Shown: positions 10,452 to 19,605 of the stretch, in pieces | Position numbering within the stretch: position 1 is the first letter of the stretch | How the letters are laid out: each line of letters starts with the position of its first letter | Source of the DNA: Candidatus Hadarchaeota archaeon | GTDB lineage: Archaea; Hadarchaeota; Hadarchaeia; Hadarchaeales; Hadarchaeaceae | DNA length: 35,643 bases | Direction of reading: 5' to 3' | Assembly: GCA_040755315.1 (NCBI GenBank) | Contig: JBFMBF010000003.1 | Coordinates: 1-35,643 of the forward strand | Program-made: the position numbers and the translations under genes | Notes under the pieces: generated by a model | Seen by the model: only the letters and a program-made list of their open reading frames with translations | The model's database searches: none | Told to the model about the DNA's origin: nothing

Positions 10452-10467
10452 AGTTAAAACATTTTTC
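10452..10467 (-). promoter_or_regulatory. BRE/TATA promoter of tRNA-Ile
   Basis: Minus strand GAAAAATG-TTTTAACT about 30 nt upstream of G1. Confidence 0.6.
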
Positions 10468-10526
10468 AAACTTCAAGAGTTCATGAACTTGAATGTAAAA
10501 TGCGGTGCATGGCCTACTTTTCATTG

Positions 10527-11102
10527 TCATCTGTACGCCCCGCCCGCCCCCCAACCATGAGGGCCGTAAAAGACAGAAACACCGTCGGTGCTGCCGTTCG
10601 GCACCAGCTCCGGCGCTATGTTGGTCCACTCTTTAATTATCATGCCGATAATGGCGATATTTTCGGTCGCTCTAGTCGTGCCAGCCACCTTAACCCTAGC
10701 GACCCAATGCCCTGAAGGTATCCCACTTATCGTGTATTCTCCAAATGAACCTACGGTGGTGGAGTAAGTATTGTTTTCTGTATCAATTTCTATAACTGCT
10801 CCTGACACCCGGTAGTTTGAAGCGGCATCTGCAAAAACATAACCTGCAAGTCCTCCAGGGCCCGGCGGAATCTGGATGGAAGTGGTTTTTGGTATCAGCT
10901 GCCAAGCGGCTATCGCGGTCACGACAATGATTATTATTGCCACGTCCCAGTAGCGACGCTTGGACTTTTGGGCGGGGGCTGGAGGCGCGGGCTTGCCGCT
11001 CGGCGGCGCGGGTCGGGGCGCGGCTGGCTGGGGAGGTGATGGCCCACCCTGCATGACTGCGGACGACGCGGCTTTCCCCGACAAAACTTGGGCGGGATTC
11101 AT
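10527..11102 (-). CDS. membrane-anchored protein: Pro-rich N-terminus, one TM helix, carboxypeptidase-regulatory-like beta-sandwich
   Basis: PSPPQPAAPRPAPP, TM VAIIIIVVTAIAAW, then G.V.D...VSGA.I.I....T...G.Y.ISGIPSG.W pattern. Confidence 0.65.
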   Translation of the reverse strand: MNPAQVLSGKAASSAVMQGGPSPPQPAAPRPAPPSGKPAPPAPAQKSKRRYWDVAIIIIVVTAIAAWQLIPKTTSIQIPPGPGGLAGYVFADAASNYRVSGAVIEIDTENNTYSTTVGSFGEYTISGIPSGHWVARVKVAGTTRATENIAIIGMIIKEWTNIAPELVPNGSTDGVSVFYGPHGWGAGGAYR

Positions 11103-11131
11103 AAAACCAACTTGGCTTTTGAATATTTAAC

Positions 11132-11419
11132 TTATATGCGCCCACCCGACACCGGCGGGAATATCGCGACAACATCCCCGTCCTTGACCGGCGTTGTGAG
11201 CCCGCCGATAATGCCCATCACCTTGCCGTTGACCAAAATGTGAACGGTCTCCAGCAGTTTCTTCCCACCCGGATGATAGAGCTCACGCGCCAGCTTTTCC
11301 CCACATGTCTCGACGAGCCTATCCACAAGGGAAGCCACATCTTTCGCGCCCTCCACTTCTACAATGTCCTTCCCGGCCGCCTCCCTGAAGTTCGCGTACA
11401 GCTTCACAACAACCGCCAT
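11132..11419 (-). CDS. MoaD/ThiS-family ubiquitin-like protein (SAMP)
   Basis: V.LYANFREAAG, ILVNG and DGD.VAIFPPVSGG motifs, followed by RI-stop. Confidence 0.92.
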   Translation of the reverse strand: MAVVVKLYANFREAAGKDIVEVEGAKDVASLVDRLVETCGEKLARELYHPGGKKLLETVHILVNGKVMGIIGGLTTPVKDGDVVAIFPPVSGGRI

Positions 11420-11515
11420 TGTTATCATGAAAATGTGGGTGCCTGGCAATAAATCCCTAATCCCCGCTGGTTTTGAAAAAGTTTAATTGCCCAAGCAGCA
11501 CCTCTTCTCGGTAGG

Positions 11516-12634
11516 ATGAATCAACTTCAGCTGGACCGGCTACACCGCTCGCTCGGGGCAGAGATGGTGGAATTCGCCGGGTGGGGAATGCCGTTGAAAT
11601 ACGGCGCAATTGCCGAAGAACACATGGCTGTGAGAAAAACAGCCGGACTTTTTGACGTCAGCCACATGGGTGAATTCAGGGTGGCTGGGCCGAAAGCTCT
11701 GGAGTTTCTGCAGCTCGTCACTTCAAACGATGTTTCAAGACTGGTGGTCGGCGCAGCACAGTACTCGACGGTCTTGAACGAGAATGGCGGAACCAAGGAC
11801 GACATAGTAGTGTACAGGCTCGGGGAGCAGGAATTCATGGTAGTCTGCAACGCTTCAAATGTTGCGAAAATCTGGGGCTGGTTCTCCGGACGTTCCGGAA
11901 GCGGGGTGGAGCTTGAAGACACCACGATGTCGACCTTGTTAATCTCAATCCAGGGCCCAAGGGCCGAGTCAATCCTACAGTCCCTGACGAAGTTCGACCT
12001 ATCTCAAATAAAGCGGTTCAAGTCTGCCTGGGTGGATGTTGTGGGCTTGAAGGCTCTCGCGAGCAGGAGCGGCTACACGGGGGAAAACGGGTTCGAAATA
12101 TTCCTGACGGGTGAGACAAAATCAAACCCATCGCGGGCAGAAAAGCTGTGGACAGAGATAATGGATGCTGGAAAAGAAAGCGGGCTCAAGCCATGCGGGC
12201 TCGGGGCCAGAGACACCACGCGGCTGGAAGCCGGGCTCTGCCTTTACGGCAACGACCTGACGGAGGAGATAACTCCCCTCGAAGCCAGGCTAGACTTCGT
12301 GGTGAAGCTTGAGAAGGAGAAATTCATCGGGAAGGAAGCTCTGCTCCTACAGAAGTCGTCCGGACTGAAAAAGGCGAGGATTGGCCTCCACATGCTGGAG
12401 CCTGGGATACCTAGGCAGGGTTACAGGATTCTCGCTGATGGGAAAGAAATCGGCTATGTGACATCGGGGACTTTTTCGCCTCTTCTCAACGCTGGGATAG
12501 CGATGGGTTACGCTTCTCCGGGGTTAAAGGTTGGTGACGGAGTTTTTGTTGAGATTCACGACAAACCAAGGCGGGCGGAAGTTGTCGAGCCGCCTTTTTA
12601 CGACGCTGAGAAGTACGGCTACAAGAGGCGCTGA
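11516..12634 (+). CDS. gcvT: glycine cleavage system aminomethyltransferase T
   Basis: FAGW.MP, FDVSHMGE, R.GYTGE.GFE, GLGARDT.RLEAG.LYG and VTSG..SP motifs. Confidence 0.96.
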   Translation: MNQLQLDRLHRSLGAEMVEFAGWGMPLKYGAIAEEHMAVRKTAGLFDVSHMGEFRVAGPKALEFLQLVTSNDVSRLVVGAAQYSTVLNENGGTKDDIVVYRLGEQEFMVVCNASNVAKIWGWFSGRSGSGVELEDTTMSTLLISIQGPRAESILQSLTKFDLSQIKRFKSAWVDVVGLKALASRSGYTGENGFEIFLTGETKSNPSRAEKLWTEIMDAGKESGLKPCGLGARDTTRLEAGLCLYGNDLTEEITPLEARLDFVVKLEKEKFIGKEALLLQKSSGLKKARIGLHMLEPGIPRQGYRILADGKEIGYVTSGTFSPLLNAGIAMGYASPGLKVGDGVFVEIHDKPRRAEVVEPPFYDAEKYGYKRR

Positions 12635-12676
12635 GAATTATACCGGGCTCCAATTCATTATATTGCTGGTGAAAAA

Positions 12677-13252
12677 GTGGCGAGAAAAACTGTCCTAGCG
12701 CTTGCCGGGAGCCCAGTGAAGGGCGGCAGTACCGACACGCTGCTGGATCAGGTGCTCAGGGGCGCAATGGAGAAGGGCGCAAGCGTGGAGAAAATCTACG
12801 TCTGCGACCTCAAGATAAAACCCTGCGACGCCTGCGGGGATTGCGACGAAACTGGCGTTTGCACCATAGAAGACGACATGAAAGTGCTTTACAAAAAACT
12901 GTTAAAGTCGGATGTGGTCATCCTTGCTTCCCCAATCTACTTCATGGGGCTGACCGCGCAGATGAAATCCGTGATTGACCGCTGCCAGTCGCTCTGGGTC
13001 GGGAGGTTCAAGCTGAAAAGGAAATTGGGGAAAGGAGGCCGCAGGGGATTTTTCATATCCGTAGGTGGAAAACCGCATCCGCAGCTGTTCCAGGGGGCGG
13101 TTGCCACTGTGAAATCTTTCTTCAAAGCTATCGGGGTGAATTACACCGACGACCTGCTGTTCTCAAAAATAGACAAGAAGCAGGACCTCTTGGCGCATCC
13201 CACAGCGATGAAGGCCGCCTTTAAAGCTGGTGGGAAGCTCGCCAACGAATAG
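12677..13252 (+). CDS. iron-sulfur flavoprotein / NADPH-dependent FMN reductase family
   Basis: GSP..G.T, C..C..C.....C, DDM and ASPIYF...AQMK..IDR motifs. Confidence 0.9.
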   Translation: MARKTVLALAGSPVKGGSTDTLLDQVLRGAMEKGASVEKIYVCDLKIKPCDACGDCDETGVCTIEDDMKVLYKKLLKSDVVILASPIYFMGLTAQMKSVIDRCQSLWVGRFKLKRKLGKGGRRGFFISVGGKPHPQLFQGAVATVKSFFKAIGVNYTDDLLFSKIDKKQDLLAHPTAMKAAFKAGGKLANE

Positions 13253-13261
13253 ATGGACATT

Positions 13262-13894
13262 TCAAAATAACGACAAAAACACCCGCGAAATGAAAAGCGC
13301 TCCAAACGCGAAAAGAATCAACCCACAGATCGCCAGTAGCGCACGGTGGCCCCTCAAGCCCAGAAAACGCTTGCCCTTGTGCACAGAGTACGAGACAAAC
13401 GAGAACCAGCTGATGTCAGCCAGAAAGTGGCCCATCAACCAGGCCACAACCCCTGCGGCGGATGCTGCCACCCAGGCTTCCGCGAGCATGACCGTGCCGA
13501 CCGTGGCCCACCACAAGAACACAGTTGGGTTGAACACTGTGCTGAAGAGAACCCCGCCCACAAGCGGGCGATAATTTGCCGGGGCCCTTGACTGCACGCT
13601 CACCGTCTTCAACTTTAAAAATGTTAACAATGAAATTACGACCAATGAAACTCCACCGACTGCAAAGACCCCTGCCTGGAACGACTGGTTCCCAAGCGCC
13701 ACGCCGAGCCCCAAAGCTATCAGCGTCAGCAGCACGAACTCAACCAGAATATGGCCAACTGCCGCAAACAACCCGGTCCTTGAGCCTGAAGACGGCGTCT
13801 TTGATACAATAAATGCAAACATTGGGCCAGGGATTAGCGCCCCCGAAAGCGCCACTGCGAACCCTATCGGCAGCTGCAAAAGGATCTCTAGCAT
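13262..13894 (-). CDS. LysE/RhtB-family amino-acid exporter
   Basis: ALSGALIPGP, GH..VE and NP..FLWW..VG motifs with six TM segments. Start placed at MLEILLQL, because the longer ORF overlaps trpB2. Confidence 0.88.
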   Translation of the reverse strand: MLEILLQLPIGFAVALSGALIPGPMFAFIVSKTPSSGSRTGLFAAVGHILVEFVLLTLIALGLGVALGNQSFQAGVFAVGGVSLVVISLLTFLKLKTVSVQSRAPANYRPLVGGVLFSTVFNPTVFLWWATVGTVMLAEAWVAASAAGVVAWLMGHFLADISWFSFVSYSVHKGKRFLGLRGHRALLAICGLILFAFGALFISRVFLSLF

Positions 13895-13955
13895 GCGCTG
13901 ACATTTTTGTGAGTAAAGCTTTAAATTAGTGTATTCAGAAGCAGAGCTGGAGAAA

Positions 13956-15317
13956 ATGGTGCAGACAAAATTCATCCTTGACGAAAATGAGATTCCGAAG
14001 TCCTGGTACAACATCCAGGCCGATTTGCCTACACCTCTTGAACCTCCGCTTAACCCAGCTACCAAGGAGCCAATAGGTCCGGAGGCCCTGTCGCGAGTTT
14101 TCCCGATGGAGCTGATCAAGCAGGAGGTCAGCCGCGAGCGCTGGATCACCATCCCTGAGGAAGTCCGGGAGATTTACAGGATATGGCGGCCCAGCCCGCT
14201 TTACCGGGCCGTGAAACTTGAGAAAGCCCTGAAGACCCCTGCCAAGATTTACTACAAGTGGGAGGGTGTGAGCCCGCCCGGAAGCCACAAGCCGAACACG
14301 GCGGTGGCGCAGGCCTACTACAATATGAAGGAAGGGGTGCAAAGGCTTGCCACGGAGACCGGCGCGGGGCAGTGGGGGAGTTCCCTTGCCTTCGCCACCA
14401 TGCTGTTCGACCTAAAGTGTACGGTTTACATGGTAAGGGTCAGTTATGATCAGAAGCCTTACAGGAGAATCCTCATGGAGACCTGGGGTGCGGAGTGCGT
14501 CCCCAGCCCCAGCACTCGGACAAACTTCGGGAAGAAGGTGCTGCAGGACGACCCGAACTGCTCTGGCAGCCTCGGGATAGCCATCTCGGAAGCTCTGGAG
14601 GACGCGGTGACTCACGATGACACGAAATATTCGCTAGGTAGCGTGCTCAACCATGTGCTGCTCCATCAGACGGTGGTTGGGCTTGAGGCGAAAAAGCAGA
14701 TGGAGATTGCCGGAGACTACCCAAACGTAATTCTGGGGTGCGTAGGAGGCGGGAGCAACTACTCCGGCCTGCTCTTCCCCTTCATGGCGGACAAGCTCAC
14801 CGGAAAGAAAAAGGAGCTAGAGGCTGTCTCATGCGAGCCCATGTCATGCCCGACGCTGACGAAGGGATTGTACACTTACGACTTCGGGGACACGGCCGCC
14901 ATGACCCCGCTGCTCAAGATGTACACGCTTGGCCACACTTATGTGCCGCCGCCAATTCACGCGGGAGGTCTGAGGTACCACGGAGACGCCCCGCTGCTTT
15001 GCAAGCTGACCCACGATGGGTTCATGAATGCGATCGCCTATCACCAAACAAAAGTCTTCGAGGCAGCCAAGCTCTTCGCCCAGACGGAGGGTTTCATAAT
15101 CGCGCCGGAGACGGCCCACGCCGTGACCGCGGTCGTGGACGAGGCGCTGAGGTGCAAGAAGACGGGGGAGAAAAAGGTGATCCTGTTCAACAACAGCGGC
15201 CACGGGCACTTCGACCTGTCGGCCTACGACTCTTTCCAGCAGGGCAAGCTCATAGATTATGAATACCCGGCAGAGCTCGTCAAGGAAGCTTTGGCAAAAG
15301 TTCCAAAGGTCGGGTAA
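13956..15317 (+). CDS. trpB2: TrpB2-type tryptophan synthase beta chain
   Basis: [14 protein letters not shown] (PLP Lys), [34 protein letters not shown] and HAGGLRYHG motifs. GGAG precedes ATG 13956. Confidence 0.96.
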   Translation: MVQTKFILDENEIPKSWYNIQADLPTPLEPPLNPATKEPIGPEALSRVFPMELIKQEVSRERWITIPEEVREIYRIWRPSPLYRAVKLEKALKTPAKIYYKWEGVSPPGSHKPNTAVAQAYYNMKEGVQRLATETGAGQWGSSLAFATMLFDLKCTVYMVRVSYDQKPYRRILMETWGAECVPSPSTRTNFGKKVLQDDPNCSGSLGIAISEALEDAVTHDDTKYSLGSVLNHVLLHQTVVGLEAKKQMEIAGDYPNVILGCVGGGSNYSGLLFPFMADKLTGKKKELEAVSCEPMSCPTLTKGLYTYDFGDTAAMTPLLKMYTLGHTYVPPPIHAGGLRYHGDAPLLCKLTHDGFMNAIAYHQTKVFEAAKLFAQTEGFIIAPETAHAVTAVVDEALRCKKTGEKKVILFNNSGHGHFDLSAYDSFQQGKLIDYEYPAELVKEALAKVPKVG

Positions 15318-15322
15318 TCTGG

Positions 15323-15553
15323 ATGCCGCTGGCGTTTGTCCTCATCAGCGCCGACGCAAAAAAGATAAAGCAGATTCTAGCTGCGATTCAGAAAACAAAT
15401 GGGGTTATCGAGGCCTACTCCGTCGCCGGCCCGCACGATATAGTCGCGAAGTTGCAGGCTGAAAAGTTTGGAGAAATTGCTGACATAGTTACACAAAAGT
15501 TGCAAGGAATTAGCGGCGTCAGGAACACCCTGACACTGTTCGCTTTTGAGTAA
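15323..15553 (+). CDS. stand-alone Lrp/AsnC ligand-binding domain protein
   Basis: 76 aa: AFVLI, V.EAYSVAGPHDIVAK, GV.NTLTL. Confidence 0.9.
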   Translation: MPLAFVLISADAKKIKQILAAIQKTNGVIEAYSVAGPHDIVAKLQAEKFGEIADIVTQKLQGISGVRNTLTLFAFE

Positions 15554-15580
15554 GATGCTCTGGAATCGTCGATGATTGAC

Positions 15581-15643
15581 GCCCTCAGTCCGCCCATCAT
15601 TCAAATCATCGCTTCCTCAGACGATGTCGTGACATCATTGGGC
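15581..15643 (-). ncRNA. box C/D methylation guide sRNA
   Basis: Minus strand reads GCCC-A-ATGATGT(C)-CACGACATCGT-CTGA(D')-GGAAGCG-ATGATTT(C')-GAATGATGGGCGGA-CTGA(D)-GGGC. The terminal stem is extendable (ATTGGT/GTCAAT), and CAAAAG-TTTATT lies at about 15666-15677. Confidence 0.8.
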
Positions 15644-15689
15644 AACCAATGTCGTTCTCCAGGCAAATAAACTTTTGTCTCGGATTTTT

Positions 15690-16874
15690 TCAAAGGCTTT
15701 TGCCGCGAGCAATCACCGCCGTCCCGACCGCGGCGTAGATTGTAGTGGAAAGTATCACAACAAATGCAATGTTCTGAATCAGTTCTGCTCCAGGAACCCC
15801 GTAAGTGACCGGAATCTGAGTCAGGGCCGCGGCCACCAGCCCCTTTGTGCCCATGACTCTAATGAGATTCAGCTCCGGCTTGCTGATGAATGTTCCAACC
15901 ATGGCAAGCTGGACGGCGACCAATCTGGAAATCATCAAAGCCGCAGAGAGGACCACGCCGTAGAATAGGTATTCCATCCTTATCGTGGCGACCAGCCCCA
16001 AGTAGACGAAGAAAAACGACCTCATGGCAAATGTAATCCCTGAGTGGAACTCCAAGATGTTTGGTGGGAAGGAGTACCTTCGCTTGGTGACCTTGGAAAA
16101 GCTTCCCGCGTTTCCCAGCATGAGCCCGAAAAAAAGAATTGCAATCGCTCCGGTGCCCATCCCGAACACAAACTCGCTTCCGGAGTAAACGAGCATGGCG
16201 GCCGCGAGCGTCAAAATGAAATCAAACTTTACTCCTTTGTACTTGTTTAGAACCATCAGCCAAATCAAGCCATAAAGAGCTCCTATTGCTATCCCGACTC
16301 CAAATTCAAAAACAATCATCAGCGGGGAGGAACCCGCCCCCAAGCCAGGGATGATTGTGCCCAAGACCGCGATTGAAACTAAAATACACAAGGCGTCGTT
16401 GAACACTGACTCAAGCGACAGCAGGGAATACACCGTTTTGCCAACGCTTATCCCCCTCAGGATAGCCAGCACCGTCACGGAGCTTGTGCCGCCGAAAATC
16501 GCCCCAACCAGCAGGGCCATCTTCAGATCCAGCCCCATGGCAAGGACTCCAACAATAGCGGAAGCAACCATCGAAAAAATCAACCCCCCAACTGCTAGCA
16601 GGATGCTCCTAGAAAATGATCTAATTACTTGGGCCAGCTCCATGTTCAACCCAGAATCTAAAAGCACGATAATTAGCGTCAAAGGTGTGAGTATGGGTGC
16701 GATTGCTCTAAAGAGATCCATCCTCACAAAGCCCAGATATCCTATCAGAAGCCCGAACAGCAGGAGGATTATCACGTCTGGTACCTTCGTCTTCCTGAAA
16801 ACGAAAGCGCTTGCGTGGCCTACCAAGATGGTAAACGCCAGCAAAGCTATTGCGTTAAGGATCGGGTCAGGCAT
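15690..16874 (-). CDS. cation:proton antiporter (NhaP/CPA1-like)
   Basis: About 12-13 TM segments with KVPDVI.L...G...G, LESVFND, F..RSFFFVYLG and KGLVAAAL motifs. Confidence 0.9.
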   Translation of the reverse strand: MPDPILNAIALLAFTILVGHASAFVFRKTKVPDVIILLLFGLLIGYLGFVRMDLFRAIAPILTPLTLIIVLLDSGLNMELAQVIRSFSRSILLAVGGLIFSMVASAIVGVLAMGLDLKMALLVGAIFGGTSSVTVLAILRGISVGKTVYSLLSLESVFNDALCILVSIAVLGTIIPGLGAGSSPLMIVFEFGVGIAIGALYGLIWLMVLNKYKGVKFDFILTLAAAMLVYSGSEFVFGMGTGAIAILFFGLMLGNAGSFSKVTKRRYSFPPNILEFHSGITFAMRSFFFVYLGLVATIRMEYLFYGVVLSAALMISRLVAVQLAMVGTFISKPELNLIRVMGTKGLVAAALTQIPVTYGVPGAELIQNIAFVVILSTTIYAAVGTAVIARGKSL

Positions 16875-16915
16875 CGCTTAAGGTTGGGTCCGAAACCGTA
16901 AAAGCTTGGGTAAAG

Positions 16916-18256
16916 TCAATCGCCAAAAAGGGCGTTCAGGATGATTTCTGGCTTGAACTCCACCAGGTCCCCGTAACTCTGACCCGTGCCAATGAAGATG
17001 ATAGGCTTCCCCGTTACGTAGGATATCGAGAGGGCTGCGCCGCCCCTGGCGTCGGCGTCCATCTTGCAGAGGATAGAACCGTTTATTCCTACTGCTTCGT
17101 CGAAGGTCTTTGCCTGCTCGACGGCGTCGTTGCCCGTCAGCGCGTCACCTATGAAGATTACGAGATCGGGCTTGGCCACCCGGATAATCTTTTTCATTTC
17201 GTCCATCAGGTTGGCGTCCGTCTGCATTCTTCCGGCCGTGTCCACCAAGACCACATCCATGCCCCTGGCCTTCGCGTGCGCTATCGCATCATAGGCAACG
17301 GCCGCAGCGTCCGACCCCCTTTTCTGCTTGACCACCTCCATCCCAAGGCGCTGCGCGTGTATCTCCAGCTGCTCTATCCCTGCCGCCCTGAAGGTGTCTG
17401 CCGCGGCTAGCACGGGCTTTAGACCGTTGGCGCTCAGGTGCCTGGCCACCTTGGCGATTGTCGTGGTTTTTCCTGTGCCATTTATGCCTACAAACACGAT
17501 GACGGCTGGCTCACCTTTCGCCTTCTTGGCCTTCACGACCGCTAAAAGGTCGACCCTGCTCTTGGGCTCGAGAACCTCAGTTATGGCCTGCCTCAACACA
17601 CTTTCCGCCAATTCCTTCGGGTCGTCCCTTATCCCGATCTTCCTCCCTACCAGCCCTGTCTTCACGCGCTCGATGATGTGGTCTGCCACCGGGACCGCGA
17701 CATCGCTCTCGAGAAGTATTACCTGAAGGTCCCATACGATATCCTCCACGTCTGATGCCGAAAGCTCCCTCCCCAAAATGCGCTTGACGGCCCTCTTGAT
17801 TCCTATCTTGGGCTTCTCGGGTGCCAGGACTTTGGGAGCTTTGGGCTTTGCAACTTTCGGGGCTTCAGGCGGAGCCACGTGAACGTGAGTGAATTGTGTC
17901 GCGGGAGCTTTCTTCGGCGCGGGGGGGGGAGGCGCGGCTGGTTTTTCTGCAACCTTTGGCGCTGGCAGAACAGCTGATCCCCGCAACATTGAAATTTCTT
18001 CTTTGGGTTTTTCTGCAACTTTTGGCTTGACGATTTCTGGCGCAGGCATCTCAACTTTCTCGGCCTTAATGGGCTCCGGAACTTCAACTTTTACCTCAAC
18101 TTCCGAGAGCCTTTCTTCCGGAGCAGCGGCTTCCAAAAGCTTCTCCTCATACGCCCCGACCTTCGCCTCAGGGAGCCCCTCTTCAGGCTTTGAAACGATC
18201 TTCCCGACTATTTTTTCCTTGACCTGGCCAAGCTTCTTTTTTAGCCTGTCGAACAT
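16916..18256 (-). CDS. ftsY: signal recognition particle receptor FtsY
   Basis: GINGTGKTT, DTFRAAGIEQL, DTAGRM, KMDAD.RGG and GTGQ.Y motifs, plus a long Lys/Glu/Pro-rich N-terminal region. Confidence 0.97.
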   Translation of the reverse strand: MFDRLKKKLGQVKEKIVGKIVSKPEEGLPEAKVGAYEEKLLEAAAPEERLSEVEVKVEVPEPIKAEKVEMPAPEIVKPKVAEKPKEEISMLRGSAVLPAPKVAEKPAAPPPPAPKKAPATQFTHVHVAPPEAPKVAKPKAPKVLAPEKPKIGIKRAVKRILGRELSASDVEDIVWDLQVILLESDVAVPVADHIIERVKTGLVGRKIGIRDDPKELAESVLRQAITEVLEPKSRVDLLAVVKAKKAKGEPAVIVFVGINGTGKTTTIAKVARHLSANGLKPVLAAADTFRAAGIEQLEIHAQRLGMEVVKQKRGSDAAAVAYDAIAHAKARGMDVVLVDTAGRMQTDANLMDEMKKIIRVAKPDLVIFIGDALTGNDAVEQAKTFDEAVGINGSILCKMDADARGGAALSISYVTGKPIIFIGTGQSYGDLVEFKPEIILNALFGD

Positions 18257-18257
18257 C

Positions 18258-18701
18258 CTAACCGGTTCCCGGCTTCTGCGCCTTCTTCATCTTCTCAAGG
18301 AGCTCCTCGGCCTCCGGCCTGAGGGCTTCCGCCTTTTTCTCAAGCTGCTCGATCTCTGCAACCGTTTCTTTCAGGGCCTTCTCCAGGTCGGCTGCCTTTG
18401 CCTTCAACGCCACGATGGCTTCCTCCGCCGTCCGTTCGACTACGACTTCTGCCCCGATGCCTGTCACCAGCTTCGCCGACGGGGCCAGTTTAGCTTGGAC
18501 AAAAGAGTCTGAACCCAATGGGACCATTATATCCACATCTTTTTTCATGTCCTTCATGGCCTCGATTGTTGAGATGGTCATGACAATCTCATTCATTGCA
18601 GCGGACATTCCAGAAATCTGCTCCCTGAGAATCCCGGTAAGCCCCCGGTAGCTGTCAAGCTGCGCGAGTACTTGCTGAAGCCTCTGCCTTTCATTTTCCA
18701 T
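18258..18701 (-). CDS. pfdA: prefoldin subunit alpha
   Basis: Coiled coil, VPLG..SFV.A..V.GIGA.V.VER hairpins, coiled coil. Conserved synteny before ftsY. Confidence 0.92.
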   Translation of the reverse strand: MENERQRLQQVLAQLDSYRGLTGILREQISGMSAAMNEIVMTISTIEAMKDMKKDVDIMVPLGSDSFVQAKLAPSAKLVTGIGAEVVVERTAEEAIVALKAKAADLEKALKETVAEIEQLEKKAEALRPEAEELLEKMKKAQKPGTG

Positions 18702-18705
18702 CCCA

Positions 18706-18927
18706 TCACTCCAACATGGCCAAAACCGCCGGATCTGTGGCCGCCTCCGGCTTGATCTCAGCCACTTCATCTATGTGAATCTGGCTCCTTTTGAGCTTGT
18801 GTTTGCTCCCGAACTCCGAGTAAATTTTTTCAATTGCATGCTCCTTCGACGCAGAAACAAGCTCCCGGGTGAACTTCTGGTTGAACAGCCCCTGTGGGAA
18901 CCGTCCCTTCACTCGATAGACTTTCAC
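18706..18927 (-). CDS. rpl18a: 50S ribosomal protein L18Ae (LX/eL20)
   Basis: YRVKG, F..E, A.EK.YS..GSKH..KR..I.I motifs; synteny. Confidence 0.93.
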   Translation of the reverse strand: MKVYRVKGRFPQGLFNQKFTRELVSASKEHAIEKIYSEFGSKHKLKRSQIHIDEVAEIKPEAATDPAVLAMLE

Positions 18928-18936
18928 TACATCACC

Positions 18937-19596
18937 TCAGATGAACCCCAGCGAGCTCTCTATTCTCCCCAGCTCCGGCCCTGTCGTGGTCGAGCCAGCC
19001 AGCGCGCCTTTTGAGTTGGCGACGACGCAGAGCCCGACGAACTTCAGTCCAGCGCAGGCGGTCCCAACGCTGGCCGGGACATGCAACGCCCCCTCGACGT
19101 CTTTGAGTTCTTCCTCCGTCGCGTCCGGGTGAACCATGACACCCTTGTTTGTCGCCACCCCCACCGCCCCGACGTTTTTTATTCTGGCTAGTGTCCCCCT
19201 CCGCACCTCCACCCCGAGCGCCCTCTCGATGGAGTTCATGACATCTTCAGGGAGGTCAGGGTTTACAAGGGCTCCAAAGTCATTTGCCAAGACAAGATTG
19301 CCAAAAGCCGTGTAATTGCCTCTCAAATATTCAACTTTCGCCCCCGCCCCGACCAACTCCCCATCGCTCACCTCAAAAATATCAGAACACACCACTCCAT
19401 TCGAGTTCCCGGCGGCGAGCAGCCCCAGAATCGGGCTTTGGGAGATGCTGCCTTTCACAACATGGACTCCGAGCGCTTTTTCCGCTTCTTCCTTCTTGAA
19501 AGGAATCCCTGATGGAAAAAAGGCAAACTTCTCGGTGCAGAGGGCAAAGGCGCCCAAGTATGGAATCTTTCCTATGCTCATCTTTCTCACCGGCAT
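18937..19596 (-). CDS. eif6: translation initiation factor 6
   Basis: GNSNG, A.GNLVLAND.GA, ATNKG..HP and NSKGA..G..TTGPELGRIE motifs. Confidence 0.95.
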   Translation of the reverse strand: MPVRKMSIGKIPYLGAFALCTEKFAFFPSGIPFKKEEAEKALGVHVVKGSISQSPILGLLAAGNSNGVVCSDIFEVSDGELVGAGAKVEYLRGNYTAFGNLVLANDFGALVNPDLPEDVMNSIERALGVEVRRGTLARIKNVGAVGVATNKGVMVHPDATEEELKDVEGALHVPASVGTACAGLKFVGLCVVANSKGALAGSTTTGPELGRIESSLGFI

Positions 19597-19605
19597 CCCT
19601 CCACC

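Noticed and set aside
10203..11099. Peptide NPAQVL shared by the mini-ORF at 10197 and the N-terminus of the 10527-11102 protein
   Set aside because: All six codons differ and the similarity does not extend further. It is most likely chance.
13895..14152. N-terminal extension of the LysE ORF given by the ORF track (similar over-extensions for pfdA, nep1, rnp4, the PEBP gene and the pilin-like gene)
   Set aside because: The extensions overlap neighbouring genes or promoters, and family motifs begin at downstream starts.
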